From Basidiobolus meristosporus CBS 931.73 (Eukaryota; Fungi; Basidiobolomycota): DNA of 64,000 bases. Of the stretch, positions 62,901-64,000 are shown in pieces. Made by a program: the position numbers and the translations under genes. The DNA lies in contig MCFE01000220.1 of the NCBI GenBank assembly GCA_002104905.1, positions 59,798-123,797 on the forward strand, given 5' to 3'. Each line of letters starts with the position of its first letter. Position 1 is the first letter of the stretch. Under the pieces are notes generated by a model. The model was not told the DNA's origin and did not search any database. It was given only the letters and a program-made list of their open reading frames with translations.

Positions 62901-64000
62901 CATCAAAGACCAAGAGAGAACTACCTGGAGTCTGATCAAGGAATATCTAAGGACACTTAAGAAACCTAGTTGGATGGATATTCAGGAGTTTAGAAAACTC
63001 AGGAAGAAGGCACACCACTACTATCTTAAAGATGATCTTCTCTTTAAGCGAGTGAAGCCTGGACTTATGCCAAGAAGAGTAGTCACCACCCCTCAAGAGC
63101 AACTGAACATCATGACAAGTATCCACCAAGGAGAACCAGGAGGACATAGAGGACGAGAAGCCACATACAATACCACAGCTCAGAGGTACTACTGGGAAAA
63201 CATGTACTATGATGTCCAGCACTTTGTTGAGTCATGTGTAGCCTGCCAGAAGAGATCCTCCAAGCGTTATGAAGAACCACTGCATCCTACTTACACAATC
63301 TGTCTATGGCAAAAGGTTGGTATTGACCTTGTCCACATGCCAACAGCTGGATCAAAAAAGTACCTGATTGTTGCTAGAGATGACCTTAGTGGATGGGCAG
63401 AGGCTCGAGCCTTGCCCAACAACAAGAGCCATACCATATGGAGATTTATACTTGAAGACATCATCTGCAGATTTGGCTGCATCCGACAGTTTGTTGCTGA
63501 CAGAGGAGAGATGACATCCCAAATGATCCAGGAGTTGTGCTCAAAGTACAAGATACACATAGCTTTCACAACAGCTTACCACCCTCAAGCCAATGGAATG
63601 ATAGAGAGAGGACATGGACCATTGGTGAACTCTCTTGTCAAGGCCTGTGAGAATAACACAACACTGTGGCCACAGCAATTACATCTTGCACTGTGGGCAG
63701 ATAGAATTACTACCAAGAGAACAACTGGATTATCGCCATTCAAGCTACTCTATGGACATGACTGCATACTACCAGTTGAGTTAAACACAGTCACTTGGAA
63801 CTCATTGAATTGGAGATCCGATATGCAGACTGAAGACCTCCTTGCAACTCGCATACAGCAACTTGATCACCATGACTTGAATATTAGCAGAGCTGCTGAA
63901 CAACTTAAGGACACACGACTAAAGAACAAGGTGCCCTTTGACAAATCACACCCAACAAGGCCAAAACCACTATCACTAGGAGACCCAGTATTACTCTATG
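59872..64000 (+). CDS. Family E gag C-terminus plus pol (PR, RT, RNase H, IN); ~1376 open codons, 3'-truncated and absent from the ORF track
   Basis: Manual translation found no stop: CIWCDSTQHARREC, HIDSGSEI, DLLLGRPW, FVDDIGIKG, TVDASPIG, HQGEPGGH...CVAC, VGIDL/ADRGE/ANGMIER. Confidence 0.9.

Larger units (their letters stand above)
58121..64000 (+). mobile_element. Ty3/gypsy family E element, 5' LTR starting at 58121 (its 3' boundary not resolved); runs off the window
   Basis: Abrupt start TGTAGTGGGG at the break in DNA transposon homology; TATA-like TATATAAG near 58600; gag and pol frames follow. Confidence 0.8.

Noticed and set aside
1-64000. CRISPR arrays, rRNA genes, telomeric repeats, or a species assignment
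   Set aside because: None seen. Intron style and repeat content suggest a fungus but do not identify the taxon.

Overview
Eukaryotic, fungal-like genomic window (short GT-AG introns with CTAAC-type branch sites). The first ~3.5 kb is a GC- and CpG-rich gene island with the 3' part of MCM6 and a convergent five-exon Nup98/Nup116-like gene that has only five FG motifs and no Nup96 moiety. The other ~60 kb is an AT-rich, CpG-depleted nest of transposons. LTR retroelements: three Ty1/copia LTR families (A, C, F) and three Ty3/gypsy families (B with 4-bp TSDs, a chromovirus D, and E), including one intact B copy with identical LTRs, one near-intact copia and nine isolated LTRs. The most unusual structure is a decayed Tnp2/CACTA-type DNA transposon present in three delimitable copies plus a fragment. 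It has CCCTATGAAAAA termini, a transposase and an unknown second ORF pointing outwards, and, in two copies, a ~730-bp central palindrome whose 40-bp spacer is inverted between the copies. All comparisons were made by eye; no database searches were run.
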